DNA of 64,000 nt. It comes from Nitrosopumilus sp. (GTDB lineage: Archaea > Thermoproteota > Nitrososphaeria > Nitrososphaerales > Nitrosopumilaceae). Of this stretch, positions 38,360 to 47,283 are shown piece after piece. The DNA lies in assembly GCA_963667665.2 (NCBI GenBank), contig OY763927.2:1248001-1312000 (forward strand). Reading direction: 5' to 3'. The stretch's first letter is position 1. The number at the start of each line of letters is the position of its first letter. The notes beneath the pieces are model-generated. The model was not told the DNA's origin, ran no database searches, and was given only the letters and a program-made list of their open reading frames with translations. The position numbers and the translations under genes are program-made.

Positions 38360-40072
38360 CTAATATTTTCTCTCCACTGGCTTGTACTTAGTAATTGTTA
38401 CTGGAAATTTTTTCATGATTGGTTCATTTGGATCATAGTAGGCAAGTGTATGATGTAAAAAGTTTACATCATCACGTTTAGTATAATCAGTTCTAGCGTG
38501 TGCACCACGAGATTCTTTTCGATTAATTGCACCAATCAACACAATCTCTGCTACTCTAAACATAGAATCAAGTTCCATGACATTTGAAAAGTTAGTGTTA
38601 TACTCTTTTGCTTTATCATCAACATGTTTCCAAGTCTGCACTTTTAGTTCACGAATCTTTTTGAGACCTGCAACTAGATCAGTTTCATTTCTGTAAACAT
38701 ATGCCTTTTCATTCATAGTGTCAGTAAGTTGTTGTCTAATTTCATATGGATTTGCATCACCATTTCCTCTAAAGATTCCATCATAGATTCTCGTCTCTTC
38801 GGCTGTAACCAAATGATGAGGCCAAGGAATTGATGGGATGCCCTTTTGGATGTACTCAACTGCTAATTCTCCTGTAATTTTACCCCAAACAAGGCATTCA
38901 GAGGTAGAATTTGCGCCTAATCGATTTGAGCCATGAGCACTATTACATGCAGCCTCGCCAGCAGCCCAAACACCTAGCATTTCTGTTGCTCCTTGAATAT
39001 CAGTATGTATTCCGCCCATCATATAATGACAAACAGGTCTAATGTCAAGTAAGTCTTCGGCAGGATCAATACCAGAAAATTTGATAGAGATTTCTCTTAT
39101 TCCACCTAATTTTTCTTTAATTTTTTCATCTCCGATATGTCTTAAATCAAGTTTCATACAATCAACTCCAGTTTCATGTTTGAATCCTCGACCTTCTTGA
39201 ATTTCCGTTATAATTGATCTTGAAACAATGTCACGTGGAGCTAATTCCATTGTACTTTCAGCATAATTTTTCATAAATCGTTCACCTTTGTTGTTAAGAA
39301 GATAAGCACCCTCTCCTCTTGCACCTTCTGTGATCAAAATTCCAGATGGTAAAATTCCTGTTGGATGAAATTGCACAAACTCCATGTCTTTGAGTGCCAT
39401 ACCTGCACGGTATCCCATATCCAAACCATCTGGAGTTGATGACAATGAATAAGTTGAAAAACTATACAATCGTCCAGCACCGCCAGTCGCAATGATAAGA
39501 GCTTTACCTTTGATTATGTAAAATGTGCCAGAAGATAATTCTATTGCAGTAAGTCCCATGAATCTTTTTCCATCATGAATGATTGATGTTGCAAACCATT
39601 CGTTAAGATATTCAATATTTTCGTATTTTTGACATGTGTCATACAAGGTCTGCATTTCAAAGAAACCAACTTTATCTGATGCATAAGTTGCTCTTGGAAA
39701 ACTATAACCACCAAAATTTCTTTGATCAATTTTACCATCATCTTTTCTAGACCATGGCATTCCCCAATGTTCTAATTGGTAGATTTCTTTTGGCATTTCT
39801 ACACAGAGTTTTTCTGCAACATCTTGGTCTGCAAGAAAGTCGCTTCCTTTCACAGTATCATAAATATGGGATTCAATAGTATCACCTGCTTCTTCACAAA
39901 TTACTGCTGCAGTACCTCCTTCTGCAGATACAGAATGAGAACGCATTACTTGTAATTTTGAAACAATGCCGATTTTCAGATTTGGTCCCTTTTTTGTAGC
40001 TGCTATTGCAGCTCTCAAACCAGCAAGACCAGAACCACAGATTATCAAATCAAATTCGATAGAATCAACCAT
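38360..40072 (-). CDS. sdhA: Succinate dehydrogenase flavoprotein subunit
   Basis: GSGLAGL, RSHSVSAEGG, EFVQFHPTG, HYMMGG, HGSNRLGANS and ESRGAH. Confidence 0.96.
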   Translation of the reverse strand: MVDSIEFDLIICGSGLAGLRAAIAATKKGPNLKIGIVSKLQVMRSHSVSAEGGTAAVICEEAGDTIESHIYDTVKGSDFLADQDVAEKLCVEMPKEIYQLEHWGMPWSRKDDGKIDQRNFGGYSFPRATYASDKVGFFEMQTLYDTCQKYENIEYLNEWFATSIIHDGKRFMGLTAIELSSGTFYIIKGKALIIATGGAGRLYSFSTYSLSSTPDGLDMGYRAGMALKDMEFVQFHPTGILPSGILITEGARGEGAYLLNNKGERFMKNYAESTMELAPRDIVSRSIITEIQEGRGFKHETGVDCMKLDLRHIGDEKIKEKLGGIREISIKFSGIDPAEDLLDIRPVCHYMMGGIHTDIQGATEMLGVWAAGEAACNSAHGSNRLGANSTSECLVWGKITGELAVEYIQKGIPSIPWPHHLVTAEETRIYDGIFRGNGDANPYEIRQQLTDTMNEKAYVYRNETDLVAGLKKIRELKVQTWKHVDDKAKEYNTNFSNVMELDSMFRVAEIVLIGAINRKESRGAHARTDYTKRDDVNFLHHTLAYYDPNEPIMKKFPVTITKYKPVERKY

Positions 40073-40143
40073 TTTTCAGACAAACTTGCTTTGAGTGGGA
40101 TAAATATGTAGTAATTGATAGGCGTGATCCAAAATACTAAAAT

Positions 40144-40169
40144 ATATCACTAGTGATATCACTAGTGAT
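40144..40169. promoter_or_regulatory. Perfect palindromic operator candidate (ATCACTAGTGAT x2) at the padR start
   Basis: 40146-40169 ATCACTAGTGATATCACTAGTGAT is its own reverse complement and overlaps the padR ATG. Confidence 0.6.
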
Positions 40170-40677
40170 GATTTCGGAATGGTTTCAGAGAGTAGGAAGT
40201 TCAATTCCAAGAGGATTTTCAAGATATTTCATTTTAGAGTTATTGAAAAAGAAAACACACACTGGAAAAGAGATCATCGATTATGCAGTTAAACAAAGTA
40301 ATGGAATTTGGAAACCATCACCAGGATTGATCTATCCATTGTTAGGTAGATTACTAGATGAAGGATTAATTGAAGAAGCCAAAGACGGAAAATATCAATT
40401 AACAAAGAAAGGGAAGGAAACAGCAGATGATGTAGATAAGATAAACGATATTGTTAGAAAGCAATTAGAGGTTTTATTTAGACTAAGTAATGTAGGAAAA
40501 TTTGTTGCTATTGATCTATTAGAAAAGATTTCATCAATGGGATCTATTCTTAGTTCAAATTTTGCCCATATGACTGATGAAGAAACCAAGAAATACAAAC
40601 ATTTTCTTGAATCAGAATTAAAGAAAATTCAAGAAAAAGAAGTAAAGAAAAAAGGCAAAGAAATAAAGATCGAATAG
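40168..40677 (+). CDS. PadR-family transcriptional regulator
   Basis: WKPSPGLIYPLLGRLLDEGLI and YQLTKKG winged-HTH pattern. Confidence 0.88.
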   Translation: MISEWFQRVGSSIPRGFSRYFILELLKKKTHTGKEIIDYAVKQSNGIWKPSPGLIYPLLGRLLDEGLIEEAKDGKYQLTKKGKETADDVDKINDIVRKQLEVLFRLSNVGKFVAIDLLEKISSMGSILSSNFAHMTDEETKKYKHFLESELKKIQEKEVKKKGKEIKIE

Positions 40678-40778
40678 CAATAATAGAAAAATTATTTTAA
40701 GTTTCAAAGAATCAAATTGAAATGGTATTAGATAATTTTTGATTAAAATCATAAATAATTCAGAGAAAGAACACCATT

Positions 40779-41645
40779 ATGAAAAATTTGAGAAATATGT
40801 TAAAATCAAAAAAACCACTTGTCATTCCAGGAGTTTATGATGCATTAGGAGCAAAAATTGCCCAAAAAGTCGGATTTGAGGCAATGTTCCAAACAGGTTA
40901 TGGAACATCTGCAACTCTATTTGGAATGCCAGATTATGGATTTATCGGAGCTGCTGAAACAGTAGATAATGCAAGACGCATATGCAGAGCAGTTTCAGTA
41001 CCTGTAATTGTAGATTCAGATACAGGATATGGAAATGCTTTGAGTGTATGGAAAATAGTTAAGGAATTAGAATCAGCAGGAGCTGCAGGAATTTTTCTTG
41101 AAGATCAAAGATGGCCAAAAAGATGTGGACATATGCAAGGAAAAGAAGTAATTCCACAAGAGGAATATACTGAAAAATTATCAGCCGCACTTGACGCAAG
41201 AGAAAGCAAAGATTTCATAATTGTTGCAAGAACAGATGCAAGAGCTACTGAAGGATTAGATGCTGCTATTGAGCGTGGAAAGCAAAATAAGAAAACAGGA
41301 GCAAACGCGATATTTGTTGAAGCCCCAAGATCATTAGAAGAGATGAAAAAGATTGGAAAGGAGATCAATGCGCCATTAGTTGCAAACATGATTGAAGGAG
41401 GAGTTACTCCATTGAGTTCAGCTGAAACATTAAACAAGATGGGATTTAAAATAATTCTTTATCCACTATCTGTTTTGTATGCTAACTCATTTGCAACCAT
41501 GAATATTCTAAAAGAATTAAAGAAATCAGGTAACACTACAAAATACAAACATAAAGTTGTGAATTTTGATCAGTTTAATGATCTAGTTGAACTTCCAAAG
41601 TTCAGAAAGATGGAAAAGAAGTTCAAATTTTCAAAAAGAAAATAA
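40779..41645 (+). CDS. prpB: 2-methylisocitrate lyase / PEP mutase family enzyme
   Basis: PGVYDAL, DSDTGYG, LEDQRWPKRCGH and ARTDAR. Confidence 0.85.
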   Translation: MKNLRNMLKSKKPLVIPGVYDALGAKIAQKVGFEAMFQTGYGTSATLFGMPDYGFIGAAETVDNARRICRAVSVPVIVDSDTGYGNALSVWKIVKELESAGAAGIFLEDQRWPKRCGHMQGKEVIPQEEYTEKLSAALDARESKDFIIVARTDARATEGLDAAIERGKQNKKTGANAIFVEAPRSLEEMKKIGKEINAPLVANMIEGGVTPLSSAETLNKMGFKIILYPLSVLYANSFATMNILKELKKSGNTTKYKHKVVNFDQFNDLVELPKFRKMEKKFKFSKRK

Positions 41646-41670
41646 AAGAAAAATTTCAAGTAAAGCGCAG

Positions 41671-43965
41671 CTATGCTGTGGTTCTCTTTACTTCAATTTC
41701 TATCGTTGAAACGTTTCTGGTTCTACCGTCTTGTGACTCTAATGCTTCAGAGCCAATTTTGATTTCACCAACAGCGTAGCCTGCACTTTCTGTTTTTCGT
41801 GCAATGATTTGAGCTACATCTACAGCACGGCCAATGCTCATGCCTCTAGCTTTGATGTAGACGGCTGATAAGTTTGCCAATTGAATAAGCGCTGATGTTA
41901 CATATGCCATCAATGGTTTCTTACCAATGAATATAGTATCTCTGGTACCTGAAGATTCTCTAGGTTTGGAAGACTGTGTATTTTCTCTAGGTTTGGAAGA
42001 CTGTGTATTTTCTCTAGGTTTGGAAGACTGTGTATTTTCTCTAGGTTTGGAAGACTGTGTATCTTCTGGAGTTTCTTTAGATTCAGAAGTCTGTGTATCT
42101 TCTGGAGTTTCTTTAGATTCAGAAGACTGTGTATCTTCTGGAGTTTCTTTAGATTCAGAAGACTGTGTATCTTCTGGAGTTTCTTTAGATTCAGAAGACT
42201 GTGTATCTTCTGGAGTTTCTTTAGATTCAGAAGACTGTGTATCTTCTGGAGTTTCTTTAGATTCAGAAGTCTGTGTATCTTCTGGAGTTTCTTTAGATTC
42301 AGAAGTCTGTGTATCTTCTGGAGTTTCTTTAGATTCAGAAGTCTGTGTATCTTCTGGAGTTTCTTTAGATTCAGAAGACTGTGTATCTTCTGGAGTTTCT
42401 TTAGATTCAGAAGTCTGTGTATCTTCTGGAGTTTCTTTAGATTCAGAAGTCTGTGTATCTTCTGGAGTTTCTTTAGATTCAGAAGTCTGTGTATCTTCTG
42501 GAGTTTCTTTAGATTCAGAAGTCTGTGTATCTTCTGGAGTTTCTTTAGATTCAGAAGTCTGTGTATCTTCTGGAGTTTCTTTAGATTCAGAAGTCTGTGT
42601 ATCTTCTGGAGTTTCTTTAGATTCAGAAGTCTGTGTATCTTCTGGAGTTTCTTTAGATTCAGAAGTCTGTGTATCTTCTGGAGTTTCTTTAGATTCAGAA
42701 GTCTGTGTATCTTCTGGAGTTTCTTTAGATTCAGAAGTCTGTGTATCTTCTGGAGTTTCTTTAGATTCAGAAGTCTGTGTATCTTCTGGAGTTTCTTTAG
42801 ATTCAGAAGTCTGTGTATCTTCTGGAGTTTCTTTAGATTCAGAAGTCTGTGTATCTTCTGGAGTTTCTTTAGATTCAGAAGTCTGTGTATCTTCTGGAGT
42901 TTCTTTAGATTCAGAAGTCTGTGTATCTTCTGGAGTTTCTTTAGATTCAGAAGTCTGTGTATCTTCTGGAGTTTCTTTAGATTCAGAAGTCTGTGTATCT
43001 TCTGGAGTTTCTTTAGATTCAGAAGTCTGTGTATCTTCTGGAGTCTGTGTATCTTCTGGAGTTTCTTTAGATTCAGAAGTCTGTGTATCTTCTGGAGTTT
43101 CTTTAGATTCAGAAGTCTGTGTATCTTCTGGAGTTTCTTTAGATTCAGAAGTCTGTGTATCTTCTGGAGTTTCTTTAGATTCAGAAGTCTGTGTATCTTC
43201 TGGAGTTTCTTTAGATTCAGAAGTCTGTGTATTTTCTGGAGTTTCTTTAGATTCAGAAGTCTGTGTATCTTCTGGAGTTTCTTTAGATTCAGAAGTCTGT
43301 GTATTTTCTGGAGTTTCTTTAGATTCAGAAGTCTGTGTATCTTCTGGAGTTTCTTTAGATTCAGAAGTCTGTGTATCTTCTGGAGTTTCTTTAGATTCAG
43401 AAGTCTCTGTATTTTCTGGAGTTTCTTTAGATTCAGAAGTCTCTGTATTTTCTGGAGTTTCTTTAGATTCAGAAGTCTCTGTATTTTCTGGAGTTTCTTT
43501 AGATTCAGAAGTCTCTGTATTTTCTGGAGTTTCTTTAGATTCAGAAGTCTCTGTATTTTCTGGAGTTTCTTTAGATTCAGAAGTCTCTGTATTTTCTGGA
43601 GTTTCTTTAGATTCAGAAGTCTCTGTATTTTCTGGAGTTTCTTTAGATTCAGAAGTCTCTGTATTTTCTGGAGTTTCTTTAGATTCAGAAGTCTCTGTAT
43701 TTTCTGGAGTTTCTTTAGATTCAGAAGTCTCTGTATTTTCTGGAGTTTCTTTAGATTCAGAAGTCTCTGTATTTTCTGGAGTTTCTTTAGATTCAGAAGT
43801 CTCTGTATTTTCTGGAGTTTCTTTAGATTCAGAAGTCTCTGTATTTTCTGGAGTTTCTTTAGATTCAGAAGTCTCTGTATCTTCTGGAGTTTCTTTAGAT
43901 TCAGAAGTCTGTGTATCTTCTGGAGTTTCTTTAGATTCAGAAGTCTGTGTGTTATCTGTCGACAT
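41671..43965 (-). CDS. albA: Alba DNA/RNA-binding protein with a ~670-aa acidic tandem-repeat N-terminal extension
   Basis: C-terminal 94 aa IFIGKKPLMAYV...KARGMSIGRAVDVA...RNVSTIEIEV is Alba; repeats are in frame without stops; TATA-like TTTAAATTAT at typical distance upstream of ATG 43965. Confidence 0.88.
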   Translation of the reverse strand: MSTDNTQTSESKETPEDTQTSESKETPEDTETSESKETPENTETSESKETPENTETSESKETPENTETSESKETPENTETSESKETPENTETSESKETPENTETSESKETPENTETSESKETPENTETSESKETPENTETSESKETPENTETSESKETPENTETSESKETPENTETSESKETPENTETSESKETPEDTQTSESKETPEDTQTSESKETPENTQTSESKETPEDTQTSESKETPENTQTSESKETPEDTQTSESKETPEDTQTSESKETPEDTQTSESKETPEDTQTSESKETPEDTQTPEDTQTSESKETPEDTQTSESKETPEDTQTSESKETPEDTQTSESKETPEDTQTSESKETPEDTQTSESKETPEDTQTSESKETPEDTQTSESKETPEDTQTSESKETPEDTQTSESKETPEDTQTSESKETPEDTQTSESKETPEDTQTSESKETPEDTQTSESKETPEDTQTSESKETPEDTQTSESKETPEDTQTSESKETPEDTQTSESKETPEDTQSSESKETPEDTQTSESKETPEDTQTSESKETPEDTQTSESKETPEDTQSSESKETPEDTQSSESKETPEDTQSSESKETPEDTQSSESKETPEDTQTSESKETPEDTQSSKPRENTQSSKPRENTQSSKPRENTQSSKPRESSGTRDTIFIGKKPLMAYVTSALIQLANLSAVYIKARGMSIGRAVDVAQIIARKTESAGYAVGEIKIGSEALESQDGRTRNVSTIEIEVKRTTA
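41956..43950. repeat. Coding tandem-repeat array: 52 x 36 bp plus one 18-bp half unit (42061-43950) and 4 x ~27 bp (41956-42060)
   Basis: Unit CTGTGTATCTTCTGGAGTTTCTTTAGATTCAGAAGT repeated head to tail with few single-base variants; copy number derived from the translated length. Confidence 0.97.
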
Positions 43966-44079
43966 AACATTCAACCATTTAAGGATAATTTAAAGCTAAA
44001 GGAATTTTTTTGAATTTAATGGAAATTTTGCAAAAAATTTGAACTAATATTAACTACAAAAGAGTAATTTATTCTGAAC

Positions 44080-44634
44080 TTGGAAAATATTTCAAAGATT
44101 TTAGAATTAGGAAGTTGTGAAGAAAAAATCAAAATTTTACAAACATTAGATTGTACAAAAAATCCAGAATTTTTGGAAAAAATGATTTTAAAATTAGATG
44201 ATGATGATATTCAGGTTAGAGGAGAGGCATTTAGTTCACTTGTATTAAATGAAAATAAAATTTCAAATTTTTTAATTAAAAGTTTGAATTCTACAAGCAA
44301 AAATATCAGAGGTTTTGCATCATTGATATTAGCAAATAGAAATGAAACAACTGCAATTCCAGAAATTTTAAAACTTGTAAAAGATGAACGGTCTATGGTC
44401 AGAGAATGTGCAATTGGGGCACTAGGATATCTCAAAGCTCAAGAAGCTAAAGAAACTTTTCTTGAATCTCTGTTAGACTCTAATTTGGAAGTAAGAAAAA
44501 GTGCTCTTCAGGCAGTTATTGATCTAAATATTATAATTTCAAAAAATACAATAAATGAAATTAGTAAAGAAAAAGATCCTGAAATAAAAAAATTAGTTTC
44601 TATATTAAAAAAAAGTGGACCGGAAGGGATTTGA
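44080..44634 (+). CDS. HEAT-repeat protein
   Basis: Repeated L..D....VR..A..AL pattern (LDDDDIQVRGEAF, DERSMVRECAIGALG, LDSNLEVRKSAL). Confidence 0.85.
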   Translation: MENISKILELGSCEEKIKILQTLDCTKNPEFLEKMILKLDDDDIQVRGEAFSSLVLNENKISNFLIKSLNSTSKNIRGFASLILANRNETTAIPEILKLVKDERSMVRECAIGALGYLKAQEAKETFLESLLDSNLEVRKSALQAVIDLNIIISKNTINEISKEKDPEIKKLVSILKKSGPEGI

Positions 44635-44689
44635 ACCCTCGATCCGATGCATGCCATGCACCTATCCTACCGGACTAGACGACCGGCCC
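44616..44689 (-). tRNA. tRNA-Ala(GGC)
   Basis: GGGCCGG/CCGGTCC acceptor with G3:U70, anticodon arm GGTGC ATGGCAT GCATC, GAGGG TTCAAAT CCCTT. Confidence 0.9.
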
Positions 44690-44815
44690 ATTAATCAGAA
44701 TTCTGATCGAATAATATTTTTCAAATTGGTTATTAACGTTTAGCGGTGTAAGTAAAATCTAGTATGAAGTTAACACAAAAGATATTTAACCATAATTAAT
44801 CATGATTGAATCGTT

Positions 44816-45676
44816 ATGGTGGTAGATAACAAAGCAACTGTCACATATGTTCAATTATTAAAAGAGGATCTTGTGATTATTAGATTAGTTCCAAAAGATG
44901 AAGAGGGTAATGTTGCTCCAGTTCCAGATTTTAAAGCTGGTCAATTTATCACATTGGGATTACCAAATCCTCTAGAAGGTGGAAAGATTGTTAGACGAGC
45001 ATATTCAATTGCATCGCATCCAGAAAATAAAGATTACATTGAGCTTGTAATTAGATGGGTTAGAAAACCACTTCCAGGTAGATTAACTACACAATTATTT
45101 AATTTAAAAGAAGGAGACGAAATTCTTTGGTTAAAACCTACAGGTAAAGCCCTTGACATTAACGAAGAACTTCCCAATGGAAAAAAAGATAGCAGACGAA
45201 TTATTTGTATAGGTGGAGGTACAGGCCTTGCACCATTCGTTAGTTTTGCACAGCATTTTCATGACACTGGAGATAAGCGAGAAATCATAGTATTACAGGG
45301 TGCAAGTTACGTTGATGAGTTAAGTTACAAAGATTTGCTAACTTCACTTGAAAATGAGAGTATTGAGAAAGGCAAAGATGTATGGAACTTTAAGTACAGA
45401 GCCGCAGTAAGTAGACCTCAAGAATGGTTTAACAGATCATGGGGCGGTCAAATTGGAAGAGTTGAAACATTTCTAAGACCTAGGGAGAATGGAATGTCAC
45501 CACTAGAAGAATTAATTGAGAAAAAAATTACTAAAGAGAATACAATTTTCTATGTTTGTGGTTGGCAAGGAACAATAGATGGTGTAATGGACTTTTTAAA
45601 GCCACTAGGTTTTGTTACAGAACATGACAAACGTGAAGACGGAAGCTTTGAACTCAAATACGAATCATACGGATAG
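44816..45676 (+). CDS. Ferredoxin--NADP+ reductase (paralog 2)
   Basis: AGQF, RRAYSIAS, GGTGLAPF, YVCG and YESYG; clear paralog of 31649-32491. Confidence 0.9.
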   Translation: MVVDNKATVTYVQLLKEDLVIIRLVPKDEEGNVAPVPDFKAGQFITLGLPNPLEGGKIVRRAYSIASHPENKDYIELVIRWVRKPLPGRLTTQLFNLKEGDEILWLKPTGKALDINEELPNGKKDSRRIICIGGGTGLAPFVSFAQHFHDTGDKREIIVLQGASYVDELSYKDLLTSLENESIEKGKDVWNFKYRAAVSRPQEWFNRSWGGQIGRVETFLRPRENGMSPLEELIEKKITKENTIFYVCGWQGTIDGVMDFLKPLGFVTEHDKREDGSFELKYESYG

Positions 45677-45727
45677 AATTATCAAAAAATCAATCATTGA
45701 AATATGAGATTTATTTAGTGATTATAA

Positions 45728-46330
45728 TTGATTACTGCACTATATCTTGCGCATCTAAATCCACTGACAAATGCACATGTTGAAATTATTTCAGAGTTGA
45801 AAAAAGAAGCTGATATTGTTAAAGTCATGCCTGTAGTTTTCAGAGATGATGACAGAGAAATAAACAGTAAAAGTTTTCCATTTAATTTTGAAACCAGAAA
45901 GAAAATGCTCATATCAGTTTTTGAAGATTCAATTCAAATTACAGATGATTATGCATTTCTTGCTCCATTTAAAAAATACTTGCCACCTTTAGTCAGATCA
46001 AGGTCATGGAAATTAAAAAAACAAATTCTGCAGGGAGTAGAAGGAGATTATTTTTCATATACAGGAGACAAAGCTGAGGGTTATATGTTAAAAATGTACA
46101 GACTAAAACCAAAGTTAGGGAAAAGAAAATCACTTTCTGCATCATCTGTTAAAGAAAAATTATTTGATGCTGCACTTGGGAAAGAATCCACATGGAAAAA
46201 TGATGTGCCAGAAAGTATAATCAAGATAATTGAAGAAGAATGGAAAACAGTTGAGAAATTTGCAAATATGGAAGATAAAACTACTAGAGTTTTAGGAATG
46301 AAATTTCCTAAAGAAGGATATTCAAAATAA
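45728..46330 (+). CDS. Nucleotidyltransferase of the HxGH/cytidylyltransferase superfamily
   Basis: LNPLTNAHVEII (variant HxGH), PFNFETRKKML, SASSVKE and WKNDVPES. Confidence 0.7.
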   Translation: MITALYLAHLNPLTNAHVEIISELKKEADIVKVMPVVFRDDDREINSKSFPFNFETRKKMLISVFEDSIQITDDYAFLAPFKKYLPPLVRSRSWKLKKQILQGVEGDYFSYTGDKAEGYMLKMYRLKPKLGKRKSLSASSVKEKLFDAALGKESTWKNDVPESIIKIIEEEWKTVEKFANMEDKTTRVLGMKFPKEGYSK

Positions 46331-46365
46331 ATAGAGATTAATACACATTCAGTAAAAAATTTTCT

Positions 46366-47283
46366 ATGAAACTTCCACTTTCAAAATATGTCTGGTTTGA
46401 TGGAAAATATGTTCTTACAGAAAAAGCTCAAGTTCCATTAACTACTCATGCAATTCATTATGGAACGTCAATCTTTGAGGGAGTAAGGGCATATTGGAAT
46501 GGAAAGAATCTCTATGTGTTTAGACTAGATGAGCATGTAAAGCGGTTTAGAAGATCAGGTCAGTTTTATAATATTTCACTTAATTTCTCTGACAAGGAAA
46601 TCACTGATGCAATTACTGGAATCTGTAAAAAAAATAAGATTAAAAAATCATGTTATATCAGACCATTTTACTTTGTTGGGGATTATGGAATAAATCTACA
46701 TGTAACAGAAAAGGCACCAACTAATGTTGCAATTTTTACATTTCCTTTTGGAAATTTGTTTAACAAGAATGGAATTTCAGCAGGAGTAGTATCTTGGAGA
46801 AAATTCTCAGATTTAGCTACTCCTTCACAAGCAAAAATGGGAGGAAATTATCTAAATTCTATAATTGCAACACAAGAAGCAAAAAGAAATGGTGTTGATG
46901 AAGCAATTTTGTTAGATCATAATGGAAATGTTAGTGAAGCGCCAGGAGAAAATATCTTCATTGTAAGAGATGGACAGTTAGTAACACCATCACTAGCATC
47001 ATCAGCACTTGAAGGTATTACTCGTGATGCAGTAATCAAAATTGCAAGAGATTTAGATATTGATGTAGTTGAGAGATACATTTCTAGAGATGAGTTAGTT
47101 ATGTCTGATGAGATTTTTCTAACAGGAACAGCAGCTGAAATCACTCCTATCATATCAATGGATTCAAAAAAGATAGGTAATGGTAAACCGGGAGATATAA
47201 CAAAGAAGATGATGCAAGAGTATACAGACATAGTAATGAACAAAAATGATGACTATTCTCATTGGTTAACAGAGGTGTATTAG
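46366..47283 (+). CDS. ilvE: Branched-chain amino acid aminotransferase
   Basis: IHYGTSIFEGVR, AKMGGNY, SEAPGENIF, LEGITR and LTGTAAEITP. Confidence 0.95.
   Translation: MKLPLSKYVWFDGKYVLTEKAQVPLTTHAIHYGTSIFEGVRAYWNGKNLYVFRLDEHVKRFRRSGQFYNISLNFSDKEITDAITGICKKNKIKKSCYIRPFYFVGDYGINLHVTEKAPTNVAIFTFPFGNLFNKNGISAGVVSWRKFSDLATPSQAKMGGNYLNSIIATQEAKRNGVDEAILLDHNGNVSEAPGENIFIVRDGQLVTPSLASSALEGITRDAVIKIARDLDIDVVERYISRDELVMSDEIFLTGTAAEITPIISMDSKKIGNGKPGDITKKMMQEYTDIVMNKNDDYSHWLTEVY

Noticed and set aside
42061-43950. 36-bp repeat array as a CRISPR locus
   Set aside because: Units are head to tail with no unique spacers, no cas genes are nearby, and the array is in frame with Alba
41910-43993. 686-aa (minus) and 688-aa (plus) ORFs across the repeat
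   Set aside because: By-products of a stop-free 36-bp unit; only the third open frame joins a recognisable domain and has a promoter at the right distance
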